DNA of 64,000 nt, taken from the NCBI GenBank assembly GCA_902573905.1, contig CACGLL010000002.1, positions 17,636 through 81,635 of the forward strand, given 5' to 3'. This document shows, piece by piece, positions 21,436-32,675 of this stretch. The notes beneath the pieces were generated by a model. That model was not told the DNA's origin. It saw nothing but the letters and a program-made list of their open reading frames with translations, and did not search any database. The translations under genes and the position numbers were made by a program. Numbering within the stretch: position 1 is the first letter of the stretch; every line of letters begins with the position of its first letter. This DNA is from an uncultured Pelagibacteraceae bacterium. GTDB lineage: Bacteria; Pseudomonadota; Alphaproteobacteria; Pelagibacterales; Pelagibacteraceae.

Positions 21436-22764
21436 ATGAATATTTATGCTCTTTCGTCAGGCAGAGGTCCGTCAGGAATAGCCATAGTTAGAATCTCAGG
21501 AAAAAACACTTTAAAAGTCTGTAAAAACCTTACTAAATTAAAAGATATAAATTCTAATGAAGTGAATTATTGTAAATTTTATGATCCTAAAAATAATAGT
21601 GTAATAGATCCTGAGGCTTTATTATTGTGGTTTCCAGGGCCAAATAGCTATACGGGAGAGGATTTAGCCGAATTTCAAGTTCACGGAAGTAACGCTGTTA
21701 TCAACGCTTTATTAAAAGCGCTATCAGAACAAGAGAATTGCAGATTAGCTGAACCAGGAGAATTTACAAAATTAGCATTTCAAAATGATAAGATTGATCT
21801 TTTAAAAGCAGAGAGTATTGGTGATCTAATTCATGCAGAAACAGAAATGCAAAGACAGCAAGCTGTAAAATTAGTTCAAGGAAATGCATCAAATTACTAT
21901 ACCGAATTAAGAGAAAAACTTATCAAATCTCTAGCATACATCGAAGCTAAAATAGATTTTGCAGAAGATGATCTACCTGAAAAAGTACTAAAGAAAGTAC
22001 ATAACTCTATTAAAGAAATTCATAAAGATATTCATAAGATTATTGAAGATAATAAAATTGGAGAAAAAATAAGAGATGGATTTAAAGTTTCTATTACAGG
22101 TGAAGTTAATGCAGGTAAATCTTCTCTTTTAAATTTAATAGCAAAAAGAGATGTAGCTATTGTTTCAGATGAAGCGGGAACCACAAGAGATGTAATAGAA
22201 ACATATCTAAATATAGACGGTTATCCTGTAATTTTATTTGATACAGCAGGCATAAGAGATGCTAAAAATGAGGTTGAAAAAAAAGGCATATCTTTAGCCT
22301 TAGGAAAATCAAAAGAAGCAGATTTAAATATAGTTGTTATAGATAATTCATCAAAAAACATAAACGATGAAATCAAGAAAATGATTAATAAAGATACGAT
22401 CGTTTTACTAAATAAATTAGATGTACAGAATAAGCAAAATCATAAATTTGATACAGATACGGTTTTAGCTTCAGTAAAAGAAAATAAAAATATTGATAAT
22501 TTGATTAAAAAGATAAAAGAAAAATTAAGTAAAAAATTCACGTCTAATAATAGCGCTTTAATCACTAGAGAAAGACATAGAGTTAAACTTAATCAATGCC
22601 TAAAAGAAATAAATAGCTTTCTTAAAAAAGATCAAAATAAAGATTTAGAATTAGCCGCCGAAGATTTAAGAATGGCTACACGACATCTTGGAAGTATTGT
22701 TGGTAAAGTCGATGTCGAAGAAATCCTTGGATCTATATTTAAAGACTTTTGTATAGGTAAATAA
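21436..22764 (+). CDS. mnmE: tRNA modification GTPase MnmE
   Basis: SYTGEDLAEFQVHG, AEPGEFT, NAGKSS, GTTRD, DTAGIR, FCIGK. Confidence 0.99.
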   Translation: MNIYALSSGRGPSGIAIVRISGKNTLKVCKNLTKLKDINSNEVNYCKFYDPKNNSVIDPEALLLWFPGPNSYTGEDLAEFQVHGSNAVINALLKALSEQENCRLAEPGEFTKLAFQNDKIDLLKAESIGDLIHAETEMQRQQAVKLVQGNASNYYTELREKLIKSLAYIEAKIDFAEDDLPEKVLKKVHNSIKEIHKDIHKIIEDNKIGEKIRDGFKVSITGEVNAGKSSLLNLIAKRDVAIVSDEAGTTRDVIETYLNIDGYPVILFDTAGIRDAKNEVEKKGISLALGKSKEADLNIVVIDNSSKNINDEIKKMINKDTIVLLNKLDVQNKQNHKFDTDTVLASVKENKNIDNLIKKIKEKLSKKFTSNNSALITRERHRVKLNQCLKEINSFLKKDQNKDLELAAEDLRMATRHLGSIVGKVDVEEILGSIFKDFCIGK

Positions 22765-22806
22765 AATATCTCTTGTATTCCTAATATACCGCGTTACATT
22801 CATACT

Positions 22807-24675
22807 ATGAGCAAACAGAGCTATGATGTAGTAGTAATTGGGGGTGGACATGCTGGATGTGAGGCAGCAGCAGTATCTGCTAGAATGGGCGTAAATACAG
22901 CACTTTTTACTCATAAAATTGAGACTATAGGTGAAATGTCATGCAATCCTGCTATCGGAGGACTTGGAAAGGGCCATCTTGTAAGAGAAATAGATGCTTT
23001 AGATGGTGTAATGGGTGTTGTAGCCGATAAATCAGGTATTCAATTTAGATTGTTAAACAGAAGTAGAGGTCCAGCAGTACAGGGACCACGTACTCAGTCA
23101 GATAGAACTTTATACAAAGAGCATATGCAGAAGATTTTATTAAATTATAAAAATTTGGAGATAATTGCAGATCCAGTCGTCAATTTTTTATTTGATGGAG
23201 ATAAAATAATAGGTTTTGTATGTCAAAGTGGAAAAGAAGTTAGAACTAAAGAACTTATATTAACTACTGGCACTTTTCTTAATGGATTAATACATATTGG
23301 TGAAACTCAAATACCAGCAGGTAGGTATGATGAGAAACCATCTACAGGCTTAAGTGAACAATTAGCAAAATTTAAAATGCAAATAGGGAGATTGAAGACA
23401 GGAACACCACCTAGATTAGACGGTAGCACAATTAATTATGAAGATTTGGAAATGCAGCCAGCTGATGATGATCATTACTACTTTTCTTTCCTTACAAGCA
23501 AAATTAATAACAAACAAATTAAATGTGGAATGACTTATACAAATAATGAAGTTCATAAAATTATAAGTGATAATATTTCTAGAAGTGCTATGTATTCTGG
23601 TAATATAAAAGGTGTTGGACCACGGTATTGTCCGTCTATTGAGGATAAAATTGTAAAGTTTAAAGAGAAGCAACAACATCAAATATTCTTGGAACCTGAA
23701 GGGTTAAAGGACAATACTATTTACCCAAATGGTATATCAACATCCTTACCTGAAGAGATACAGCTTAAAATACTAAGCAAAATCAAGGGTTTAGAGCAAG
23801 TTAAAATGAAACGTGCAGGTTATGCGATAGAATATGATTACGTAGATCCAAGAGAATTAAAAGTAACACTCGAGACAAAAAAAATAAAATCTTTATTTTT
23901 AGCTGGTCAAATAAATGGAACCACTGGTTATGAGGAAGCTGCTGCACAAGGACTTGTTGCAGGTGTTAATGCAGCATTAAAAGTAAAAAATAAAAAAGAA
24001 TTTTTACTCAGTAGAAGCAACTCCTACATCGGGGTTATGATTGATGATCTTATAACAAAAGGAGTCAGTGAACCATATAGAATGTTTACATCGAGAGCCG
24101 AGTATAGATTAAGTTTAAGAGCAGATAACGCTGATCAAAGATTAACAAACATAGGTAACGAGGTAGGTTTGATTTCTGAAGAACGAAAAAAAATTTTTGA
24201 CGACAAGAGTAAAAAACTTTCAGAAATTAAAAAACATCTTATGTCTAATTTCATTACTCCTAATAAGGCCAAGGATCATTCTATTAAAATTGCAATGGAT
24301 GGTGTAAAAAGATCGTGCATGGAGGTGATAGGTCAGAGAAATGTCAAATTATCTAAATTGAGAGAGATTTTTCCCTCGATTCCCTCTTACAACGCCTCTT
24401 TTGATAAGCAGGTTGAAATCGATGCGCACTACGCAGGTTACCTACCAAGACAGCAAAGAGATATTAATGCATTCAACAAAGACGAAGCTTTGGAAATACC
24501 GATTAACTTCAATTATGATGAATTAAGTGGACTTTCTAATGAAGTTAAGAGCAAATTAAACAAAATTAGACCTAGAACCCTAGGACAAGCTCTTAGGATA
24601 GATGGTATTACCCCTTCTGCAGTAGTTATTATACTTTCTAACATAAAAAAGATGCGATCTAAGCAATCTGCTTAA
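22807..24675 (+). CDS. mnmG: tRNA uridine modification enzyme MnmG (GidA)
   Basis: [46 protein letters not shown]. Confidence 0.99.
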   Translation: MSKQSYDVVVIGGGHAGCEAAAVSARMGVNTALFTHKIETIGEMSCNPAIGGLGKGHLVREIDALDGVMGVVADKSGIQFRLLNRSRGPAVQGPRTQSDRTLYKEHMQKILLNYKNLEIIADPVVNFLFDGDKIIGFVCQSGKEVRTKELILTTGTFLNGLIHIGETQIPAGRYDEKPSTGLSEQLAKFKMQIGRLKTGTPPRLDGSTINYEDLEMQPADDDHYYFSFLTSKINNKQIKCGMTYTNNEVHKIISDNISRSAMYSGNIKGVGPRYCPSIEDKIVKFKEKQQHQIFLEPEGLKDNTIYPNGISTSLPEEIQLKILSKIKGLEQVKMKRAGYAIEYDYVDPRELKVTLETKKIKSLFLAGQINGTTGYEEAAAQGLVAGVNAALKVKNKKEFLLSRSNSYIGVMIDDLITKGVSEPYRMFTSRAEYRLSLRADNADQRLTNIGNEVGLISEERKKIFDDKSKKLSEIKKHLMSNFITPNKAKDHSIKIAMDGVKRSCMEVIGQRNVKLSKLREIFPSIPSYNASFDKQVEIDAHYAGYLPRQQRDINAFNKDEALEIPINFNYDELSGLSNEVKSKLNKIRPRTLGQALRIDGITPSAVVIILSNIKKMRSKQSA

Positions 24676-25292
24676 TGGACATTTTTTTTGTTAGGAAATA
24701 TCTTCAGGAGAATCTTGGCTTTTCTCAAGAAAAAATTCATAAAATTCATAAATACATTGATTTATTGTTAATTTTTAATAAAAAATACAATTTAATCAGC
24801 AAAAGTACAGAAAAAGAGGTCTGGAGCAGACATATTTTAGATTCTGCACAAATTATTAAGTATATTGACTTCAAAAAAGACCATATTTTATCTGATTTTG
24901 GATCTGGTGCAGGCCTCCCAGGAGTTATTCTCTCCATAGCTAATTCTAATCCTAATTTTCACGTGAAACTATATGAGAAATCTCCAATAAAAAGAGCTTT
25001 TCTATCAGATATCCAAAAAATTACTAAATTTGACATCGAAAAAAACGTCTATGATTATGAACTTATCAGGTCCGATTATATTGTTTGTAGAGCTTTTAAA
25101 AAATTAGATCTAATATTTGATATTTCACGTGAAAAAGTAAAAAATCCACACAAATTAATCATTTTAAAAGGTAAAAATGCCTTAAATGATCTCAAAAAAC
25201 TTCCAAAAGATAAAAATTATAGATATAAAACAGTTGATAGCATTACTGATGAAGATTCGAAAATAATAATAGCTACAAAAAATGGAAAATAA
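24675..25292 (+). CDS. rsmG: 16S rRNA m7G527 methyltransferase
   Basis: NLIS, RHILDS, DFGSGAGLPG, CRAF; mnmG-rsmG-parA synteny. Confidence 0.93.
   Translation: MDIFFVRKYLQENLGFSQEKIHKIHKYIDLLLIFNKKYNLISKSTEKEVWSRHILDSAQIIKYIDFKKDHILSDFGSGAGLPGVILSIANSNPNFHVKLYEKSPIKRAFLSDIQKITKFDIEKNVYDYELIRSDYIVCRAFKKLDLIFDISREKVKNPHKLIILKGKNALNDLKKLPKDKNYRYKTVDSITDEDSKIIIATKNGK
24955..24970. promoter_or_regulatory. parS site 1 (inside rsmG)
   Basis: ATTTTCACGTGAAACT; perfect 12-bp core TTTCACGTGAAA of consensus TGTTTCACGTGAAACA. Confidence 0.75.
25121..25136. promoter_or_regulatory. parS site 2 (inside rsmG)
   Basis: TATTTCACGTGAAAAA; 14/16 match to consensus, just upstream of parAB. Confidence 0.8.
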
Positions 25293-26073
25293 AATAATTT
25301 CAGTTATTAATCAAAAGGGTGGGGTAGGAAAAACTACTACAGTAGTAAATCTTGCAGCCTCACTGTCCATTATGGGTCATAATACTTTAGTTGTAGATTT
25401 AGATCCTCAAGGTAATGCAACGACCGGATTAGGAAAATCAAATACGAAGGAAGAAAATAATATTTATAACCTTTTGATAGGAAATATAAAATTAAATGAA
25501 GCTATTATAAATACGGATATTAAAAATTTAGATTTAATAAGCTCAACTGTAAACCTTTCAGGTTTGGAAGTCGAAACGGCCACAAATGAGGATCGTGCAT
25601 TTACTTTAAAAAACATTTTTGATTCTAATTCAAATATTTTAAAAAAATATGATTATATTTTTATTGATTGTCCTCCTTCACTTAGCCTACTTACGGTGAT
25701 AGCTCTTGTAGGTTCTGATGAACTGGTGGTTCCGCTACAAACAGAATTTTTTGCTTTAGAGGGTATAACACAATTAATAAATACAATTGATAGAATAAAA
25801 GAAAAATTAAATCCGCAACTTTCTGTAAGAGGAATTCTATTAACAATGTTTGATAAGAGAAATAAATTATCAGGTGAAGTTGATACTGAAGCTAGAAACC
25901 ATTTTAAGTCAAAGGTTTATAATACAGTAATTCCAAGAAATGTGAGATTATCTGAAGCTCCTTCGCACGGATTACCTTGTGTTATTTATGATAAAACTTG
26001 TGTTGGTAGCAAAGCATATTTTGATTTAGCTAATGAGTTTTTAAGTTCTAATAAAGAGGCGTCAGCAGCTTGA
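25282..26073 (+). CDS. parA: Chromosome partitioning ATPase ParA
   Basis: NQKGGVGKTTT, DLDPQGNAT, DCPPSL, IPRNVRLSEAPSHG. Confidence 0.98.
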   Translation: MENKIISVINQKGGVGKTTTVVNLAASLSIMGHNTLVVDLDPQGNATTGLGKSNTKEENNIYNLLIGNIKLNEAIINTDIKNLDLISSTVNLSGLEVETATNEDRAFTLKNIFDSNSNILKKYDYIFIDCPPSLSLLTVIALVGSDELVVPLQTEFFALEGITQLINTIDRIKEKLNPQLSVRGILLTMFDKRNKLSGEVDTEARNHFKSKVYNTVIPRNVRLSEAPSHGLPCVIYDKTCVGSKAYFDLANEFLSSNKEASAA

Positions 26074-26075
26074 TT

Positions 26076-26936
26076 ATGAAAAAAAAGAAAGGTTTAGGCA
26101 GAGGTTTATCAGCATTATTCGGTGATGAAAAAAGTGAAAATAAACCAAAAACAAAAAATTTAGCATCTAACACTAAAGCATTAATAGGTGATTTAACTAG
26201 AAATCCATATCAGCCTAGACAAATTTTCAATGAAGCAAAACTTGAAGAATTAACCAATTCTATAAAGAAAAATGGAGTGATACAGCCTATTGCAGTTAGG
26301 AAAGACAAATCTAATGCAGGTAAATATCAAATAGTTGCCGGTGAAAGAAGATGGTTAGCAGCTCAAAAGGCAGGTCTACATGAAATACCTATAGTTATAT
26401 TAGATCTTGATGATAATGAAAGTTTGGAAGTTGCTATTGTAGAAAATATTCAACGAGATGATTTAAACCCTATAGAAGAGGCTAAAGCTTATGAAAGATT
26501 ACATAAGGAGTTTGAATACGATCATGAAAAAATTGCAAAGTTTATGTCAAAAAGCAGAAGTCACGTTAGTAATACTTTAAGACTATTAACCTTACCAGCA
26601 GATGTTAAAGGAATGATGGAGGAGGGGCTAATTACGGCGGGACAAGCTAGACCGTTAATAGGAGTGCAAAATGCTTCCGCAATTGCTGAAGAAATTGTTT
26701 CAAAAAAGCTCAGTGCTAGAAGTGTTGAATATTTGGTAAGAGAAAAAAAAGGTCCACAAAAAGCAGGTCAAACACGTGTTGATGCTAATGTGTTAGAGGA
26801 GCAAAGACAAATGGAAGAAAATTTAGGTATGAAAGTTGATATAATCAACAAAAAAAATAATTCAGGAAAATTAACGATAAATTATAAAAATTTAGAACAA
26901 TTCGAGTTAATTTCAAAATTACTTAAGAGGCAATAG
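26076..26936 (+). CDS. parB: Chromosome partitioning protein ParB
   Basis: LGRGLSAL, NPYQPR, AGERRW, ENIQRDDLNPIEEA, KSRSHVSNTLRLL. Confidence 0.98.
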   Translation: MKKKKGLGRGLSALFGDEKSENKPKTKNLASNTKALIGDLTRNPYQPRQIFNEAKLEELTNSIKKNGVIQPIAVRKDKSNAGKYQIVAGERRWLAAQKAGLHEIPIVILDLDDNESLEVAIVENIQRDDLNPIEEAKAYERLHKEFEYDHEKIAKFMSKSRSHVSNTLRLLTLPADVKGMMEEGLITAGQARPLIGVQNASAIAEEIVSKKLSARSVEYLVREKKGPQKAGQTRVDANVLEEQRQMEENLGMKVDIINKKNNSGKLTINYKNLEQFELISKLLKRQ

Positions 26937-27909
26937 CTAAATTACAAATTTCTACTATGAGGTTTTTCAAAATTATATTTTTTTTTATGTTAGCGTTTCC
27001 CTTTAATCTAATTTCTGTATTGTAAATATTTTTTAAAGCTTCATCCAATTTTTTTACATTCCAAATTTTTGCTTGTAATTGAAATGTTGATTTATCCTTC
27101 CAAAAGATAGGCGGGCGTATTTCATTTATTGCTTGTTCAATATTTTTTTTACTTTTAACTATTTGCTTTAATTTAACTAGCCTTTGATTTAAATTTGACA
27201 AATAATAAGTAGATTTTTCTGTTTCGAGGATTGTACTATCTAAATATTCTCCAGTTTTCTTTTTATTACCAGATATTGCGAAATCCCTTACAAAATTAAA
27301 GTCATCATTTTCTTTTATATTAAGCAGTTTACTTATATTTTCATAGTTAAGTGGTGAATCATTGAAGAATGTCTTAATTTTAATTATCTCATTTTTAATC
27401 TTAGTCCTGTCGTTACCGCAACTTTGTATAACTAAATTTATAATGTCTGTTGATAATCCTCCGTAATTTTTTAAATTTTCTGATATTAATTTTTTTAAAG
27501 TTATCACGTTATCTTGATAACAAGGCACAATGTCAGTTTTCTTTTCTTTTTCAAAAAAATTTCTTAATTTTGATTTTTTTTCTAATATGTCAGAATATAA
27601 AAATATTGAATTTTCGTTTTTCAAAAACAATATTTGTTCAACTATTTTTAAAAATTTATCGTTAACACTATTTATAAAAAAAACTTTTTTTTCTTCAAAT
27701 AATGATTTGTTATTTAGTTCCTCGAAAAAATAATTTTCATTTTTTAATATTTCATCTTGATTATACTTTAGAATTTTACTTTTTTGTTTCTTTTCTAAAA
27801 TTTTTTCTTTTAAATCATTTATAAGTCCTAAATTTTCTCCATAAATTAGAACTAATTTATTTCTTAATATATCTGTGTTTTCTTCAACTAAATAACTTTT
27901 ATAAATCAT
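26923..27909 (-). CDS. holA: DNA polymerase III delta subunit
   Basis: LIYGENLGLI, SLF, LEKKSKLRNFFEK, PCY, RPPIFWK; leuS-lptE-holA synteny. Confidence 0.9.
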   Translation of the reverse strand: MIYKSYLVEENTDILRNKLVLIYGENLGLINDLKEKILEKKQKSKILKYNQDEILKNENYFFEELNNKSLFEEKKVFFINSVNDKFLKIVEQILFLKNENSIFLYSDILEKKSKLRNFFEKEKKTDIVPCYQDNVITLKKLISENLKNYGGLSTDIINLVIQSCGNDRTKIKNEIIKIKTFFNDSPLNYENISKLLNIKENDDFNFVRDFAISGNKKKTGEYLDSTILETEKSTYYLSNLNQRLVKLKQIVKSKKNIEQAINEIRPPIFWKDKSTFQLQAKIWNVKKLDEALKNIYNTEIRLKGNANIKKNIILKNLIVEICNLAIAS

Positions 27910-28363
27910 TTTTGTTTAGATCTAGTTCTGTAATAATCTTATCTGCAACATCTTGTGAGAGTATTTTTATTAGCTTTTTTTCGTTATTTATTGTGGTAGA
28001 ATTTTGATCAGATACTGAAAAATCACCGTTACTAGAAACGCTAAACTCGTAAGTATTATTTTCCGCTAATTTAGCAACAATAGTACTCGTTATAGATATA
28101 TCATATTTTGTAATTTCATTTTTAATATTTTTCTCTTTAATATTTTTGCTTTTTTTTGTGTCTACAATTAATTTTATTTCATTGGTTAAATTCTCTTTGT
28201 TAGATTTTTTGAGTAATTTATTTTTTATAAAATAATTAATTCTCTTTTCTCCTTTAAATTCTATTTCACTGATTTTATATCTTTGGTTATCTGATTGATT
28301 TACAATTTTAAAACCACATCCAGAAAGGATTGAAAAGATTATCAAATATATTATTACTCTCAT
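27899..28363 (-). CDS. lptE: LPS assembly lipoprotein LptE
   Basis: Lipobox LSGCGF; position between leuS and holA. Confidence 0.8.
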   Translation of the reverse strand: MRVIIYLIIFSILSGCGFKIVNQSDNQRYKISEIEFKGEKRINYFIKNKLLKKSNKENLTNEIKLIVDTKKSKNIKEKNIKNEITKYDISITSTIVAKLAENNTYEFSVSSNGDFSVSDQNSTTINNEKKLIKILSQDVADKIITELDLNKNDL

Positions 28364-30879
28364 TTCTTAGAAATTATGTAGTTTATAATTCTATTTTTCA
28401 CAAATATAATTTTAATTATTTTACTGTTTTCAATATATTTTTTTCCCTTAGAATTTTTAAAGACTAAATCTTTAACTAGTTCTTCGTTTGAGTCTTTTTT
28501 TATTTCAATTATATCTCTAGTTTTTCCATTTATTTGAACAGCTAGTTTTAATTTTTCTTCAATGTTGCTATGTATTTTGGGCCAATTACTGACATTTTTA
28601 CACTTAAGAAGTTCTAAACATTCAAATGCTATATGAGGAGAGAAAGGAATTAATAATTTCATAAAATTTATTAAATTTCTTTTTAAAACTTCGCTATTTA
28701 TTTTATCAAAATTATCTTTAAAACAGCTATAAAGTTGATGGAACAGGGCTATGCTAACGTTGAATCTAAAGCTTTTAATTGAAGTGTCTATTTTCTTTAT
28801 ATAATTATTGATTTGTAGATTAAATTCTTTCTCTAGGGACTCATTTTTTTTTTTGTTATTATTGTTAATAATACTTGAATTTAAATTCCATATTTTTTGT
28901 AAAAACTTGTTAGCTGCTGATACTCCATTATCAGACCATTGAATATCTTTTTCGGGCGGGCTGTCAGATAATATAAACAATCTCACAGCATCTGCGCCAA
29001 ATTTATTAATCATTTCTTCTGGATCTACAGTATTTTTTTTTGATTTTGACATTGACTCAGCTGGACCTACTGAAACTTTTGATTGATCTATTTTTTTTAT
29101 ATATGTATTTGTATCTATTTTCTCCACTTCATAAGGATATAGCCAATTTCCAGTATTATCTTTGTAAGACTCGTGGCAAACCATACCTTGGGTAAATAAA
29201 TTTTCAAAAGGCTCAGATAAATTTATATCTTCGTTCATTTTGTTAATACCTTTTGTAAAAAAACGAGAATAAAGTAAGTGCAATATGGCATGCTCTATAC
29301 CTCCAATATACTGGTCAACAGGCATCCAGTATTTAATATCATTCTTGTCAAAAGGAGAAGCTTTATGATTAGGTGAACAAAATCTTAAAAAGTACCAAGA
29401 CGAATCTACAAAAGTATCTAATGTATCAGTTTCTCTTACAGCTTTTTGTCCTGTTTTTTTATGTTTAGTATATTTCCACGTAGGGTGAACATTTAAGGGG
29501 TTTCCTTTTGATAATAAATCTACGTCCTCTGGAAGTTCCACAGGCAAATCAGCTTTATCAACTGGGACGATCTCTCCGTTTTCCAAATAAAGCATCGGAA
29601 TCGGACAACCCCAATATCGCTGTCTTGATACACCCCAATCTTTAAGTCGAAAGAGAGTTTTTTTCTTACCGATATTCTTTTTTTCTATAATTTTAATTAT
29701 TTTATCTTTTGCTTCCGAAATAGTCAGTCCATTTAAAAAATCAGAATTAATAATATTTCCTTCTCCAATATAAGCCTCGGTTAATCTATTTTGATCATCG
29801 TTTGATGAAGATACAACTTTTGTAATTTCAAGATTATATTTTTTAGCAAAATCAAAATCTCTTTGATCATGAGCTGGACAACCAAATATAGCGCCACTAC
29901 CATAATCCATTAAAACAAAATTTGCGAAATATACCGGTAATTCTTTTCCTTCGATAAATGGGTGTTTAACACGAGTATCAGTTATAAAACCTAATTTTTC
30001 GGCATTTGCTAATGCTTCTTCAGTGGTTCCTGATTTATCACATTCTTTTTTAAATTTTAAAAATTTCTCATTATTCAAAAACTTTTTACTTATCGGATGA
30101 TCAATAGATAATGCGATAAAACTAGCACCAAAAATAGTATCAGGTCTAGTTGTAAATACTTTTATTAGTTCTTTTGAATTTTGAATTTGGAAATTAATTT
30201 CACAGCCAAAAGATTTACCTATCCAATTTTTTTGCATTAACTTAACTTTATTAGGCCAACCATTTAAATTATCTAATTCATTAAGAAGTTGATCCGAAAA
30301 TTTTGTAATATTAAAAAACCATTGAGAAAGTTTTTTTCTTTCAACAATAGCATTTGATCTCCAGCCTCTACCATTAATAACTTGTTCATTAGCAAGCACA
30401 GTGTTCTCTACGGGATCCCAATTTACATAAGTTTCTTTTCTTGAGACTAAACCATTGTTATAAAAATCAATAAATAACTCTTGTTGGTGTTTGTAGTATT
30501 CTCTATCACAAGTGGAAATTTCTCTATCCCAATCTATTGATAAGCCCAGCAATTTAAGTTGTTTTTTCATAGTTGTTATATTTTCAAGAGTCCATTTTTT
30601 TGGATGCAAGTTATTTTGTTTAGATGCATTTTCTGCAGGAAGACCAAAAGCATCCCATCCCATAGGATGTAAAACATTAAAATTATTTAAAAATTTATAC
30701 CGCGCAATTACATCACCAATAGTATAATTTCGAACGTGGCCCATATGAATTTTGCCCGATGGGTATGGAAACATTTCTAGACAATAATATTTTTTATTTG
30801 CTTTATCATTTTTAACAGAATTAAATGAAGTTTTATTACGCCATTTTCTTTCAATTGTATGAAAGCTGTATCGTTCCAT
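28360..30879 (-). CDS. leuS: Leucyl-tRNA synthetase
   Basis: [45 protein letters not shown]. Confidence 0.99.
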   Translation of the reverse strand: MERYSFHTIERKWRNKTSFNSVKNDKANKKYYCLEMFPYPSGKIHMGHVRNYTIGDVIARYKFLNNFNVLHPMGWDAFGLPAENASKQNNLHPKKWTLENITTMKKQLKLLGLSIDWDREISTCDREYYKHQQELFIDFYNNGLVSRKETYVNWDPVENTVLANEQVINGRGWRSNAIVERKKLSQWFFNITKFSDQLLNELDNLNGWPNKVKLMQKNWIGKSFGCEINFQIQNSKELIKVFTTRPDTIFGASFIALSIDHPISKKFLNNEKFLKFKKECDKSGTTEEALANAEKLGFITDTRVKHPFIEGKELPVYFANFVLMDYGSGAIFGCPAHDQRDFDFAKKYNLEITKVVSSSNDDQNRLTEAYIGEGNIINSDFLNGLTISEAKDKIIKIIEKKNIGKKKTLFRLKDWGVSRQRYWGCPIPMLYLENGEIVPVDKADLPVELPEDVDLLSKGNPLNVHPTWKYTKHKKTGQKAVRETDTLDTFVDSSWYFLRFCSPNHKASPFDKNDIKYWMPVDQYIGGIEHAILHLLYSRFFTKGINKMNEDINLSEPFENLFTQGMVCHESYKDNTGNWLYPYEVEKIDTNTYIKKIDQSKVSVGPAESMSKSKKNTVDPEEMINKFGADAVRLFILSDSPPEKDIQWSDNGVSAANKFLQKIWNLNSSIINNNNKKKNESLEKEFNLQINNYIKKIDTSIKSFRFNVSIALFHQLYSCFKDNFDKINSEVLKRNLINFMKLLIPFSPHIAFECLELLKCKNVSNWPKIHSNIEEKLKLAVQINGKTRDIIEIKKDSNEELVKDLVFKNSKGKKYIENSKIIKIIFVKNRIINYIISKK

Positions 30880-30888
30880 TTTGATCTG

Positions 30889-31416
30889 TTATTTTTTCTT
30901 TTTTTTCTTTGACTCTTTTTCTAGCAAAGAAGCTTTTCTTAAGATAGATTGTCGAAGTTCCATTTTAATATTTGAATCTATTTCATTAACTGAACAACTC
31001 TGCGTGGTTTTACATTTTTTGTTATGAACAATAATTTTGATACTATCCGATCTAATTTCATTAGATAAAAATCTTAATGTTATTTTTATTGACTCATCAA
31101 AGTTTTGACCGTCATTGTACCAATCAGTAATTATAATTCCGCCTGAGTAATCTACTGTCGTTAAGGGAATAAAATCTATAATCTCTAGAGAGGCTCTCCA
31201 CATAGGATTAGATGTACTAAATTCATAATTCGTGGAACCTTTTTTAAAAGCTCCGGATATACTTATCCCTCTTCCTTCAGTCACATTTTGTCTTGCTCTT
31301 TCTTTTGCATTTATAGGAGCTTTACGCTGTACCTTTTCAGGTTTAGCCCATTTAGGAACAGAGCATGATGAAAGAAAAATTATAGATAAAATGGTTAAAA
31401 AATTTATTAATTTCAT
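30889..31416 (-). CDS. DUF3576 domain lipoprotein
   Basis: Lipobox LSSC; NPMWRASLEIIDFIPLTTVDYSGGIIITDWY; upstream of leuS. Confidence 0.85.
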   Translation of the reverse strand: MKLINFLTILSIIFLSSCSVPKWAKPEKVQRKAPINAKERARQNVTEGRGISISGAFKKGSTNYEFSTSNPMWRASLEIIDFIPLTTVDYSGGIIITDWYNDGQNFDESIKITLRFLSNEIRSDSIKIIVHNKKCKTTQSCSVNEIDSNIKMELRQSILRKASLLEKESKKKKKK

Positions 31417-31631
31417 ATTTGAGAAATAATTGATTAAATTTAGCATATTTTAATAATATTAATCAGACTAATATTTCATTTACGTTTAAAAGACTAATAA
31501 ATTCAACGTTTTTTAGTAGTGACAATAATACAACAGTTATAGCAAAAATTGAGCTAAATAAGCATAAAAAACCCTAAATCTCTCAACTTAGTTTATTTAT
31601 ATCCTTGTTAAAAATAACAATAAGGAAAATT

Positions 31632-32657
31632 ATGAAAATAACTAAAATATTAGTTGCTCTATCTTTCTTGTTCGCAATCTCAACAGCTCACGCTGGTGAA
31701 TTGACTGTAACAGGTAACATGGAAACAACTTATCACACACAAGGTGATAAAACTACTGGTAACCCATTAGGTATGGACAGAGAATTAAAATTCGCTGGTT
31801 CTACTGAGTTAGATAATGGTATTACTGTTTCTGTATTTCAAGATACTGGTGATAGCTTAACATACGGAAACTCACAAATTATGTTTGGTGGTGTAGCAGG
31901 AATGTTTGACATTTACGTTGGTTCTGACAGTGATCCAGTAGATGCTATAGATGACATTACTCCTTCAGCTTATGAAGAGGCTAATGGTTCAGGTTCTGGT
32001 ACATATACATCTAATGACATCGGTGACAAAGCCGGTCAAATGGGTATTGGTTTCAAATACAATGTCCCAGTATTAGGTGCATTTAACTACAAATATTATC
32101 CAAATGCTGACTCTACTAAGAATGAAGACAACAAGAGTTCAGGTGACCAAAATGGTACAACTGGAAATGCTTACTCTGCATCTTTAAAAACTGATATGGG
32201 TGGATTACCTTTAATTGGTTCTTTCTTAGATGGTGCTACATTAACAACAGGTGTTGCAGAAACAGATCATTCTCAGACTGCAAATGTTGATGATGCATAT
32301 GACTTAACTGCTGCTCTTACTTACAGCATCGGTAACTTCTCTTTAGGTGTACAAAAGAAATTACACAATGAGGGTGAAGCCGCAGCTGCAGCTACTACAG
32401 ATGCAGTATGGTACAAAGATACAGCAATTGGTATAGCTTACGCAGTTAACGATAACTTATCTTTATCTTACAACACGTATGACTCATACAAGCACAACAA
32501 TACAGGTGCTCCTGAGCAGGAAACAAAAGCTATCAACGTTGGTTACACAATGGGTGGTATGACTATTGGTTTCCAAGATGCGCAAACTGATAATGATAAT
32601 TACACTGCAAGCACTACAGACGACACAAGAACAATTGGTATTTCTGTAGCGTTTTAA
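31632..32657 (+). CDS. Major outer-membrane porin
   Basis: Signal peptide ending AHA, FAGSTELDNG motif of alphaproteobacterial porins, alternating beta strands, C-terminal Phe (ISVAF), strongly biased codon use (TTC, AAC, TAC, GGT). Confidence 0.9.
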   Translation: MKITKILVALSFLFAISTAHAGELTVTGNMETTYHTQGDKTTGNPLGMDRELKFAGSTELDNGITVSVFQDTGDSLTYGNSQIMFGGVAGMFDIYVGSDSDPVDAIDDITPSAYEEANGSGSGTYTSNDIGDKAGQMGIGFKYNVPVLGAFNYKYYPNADSTKNEDNKSSGDQNGTTGNAYSASLKTDMGGLPLIGSFLDGATLTTGVAETDHSQTANVDDAYDLTAALTYSIGNFSLGVQKKLHNEGEAAAAATTDAVWYKDTAIGIAYAVNDNLSLSYNTYDSYKHNNTGAPEQETKAINVGYTMGGMTIGFQDAQTDNDNYTASTTDDTRTIGISVAF

Positions 32658-32675
32658 TTTGTAAGTAAATCTTAT

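Noticed and set aside
26771-26780. Palindrome AACACGTGTT in parB as a third parS
   Set aside because: Only the CACGTG centre matches; flanks are opposite to the TTT/AAA consensus
31519-31534. GTGACAATAATACAAC as a regulator palindrome upstream of the porin
   Set aside because: Weak symmetry, single occurrence, no factor can be assigned from sequence alone
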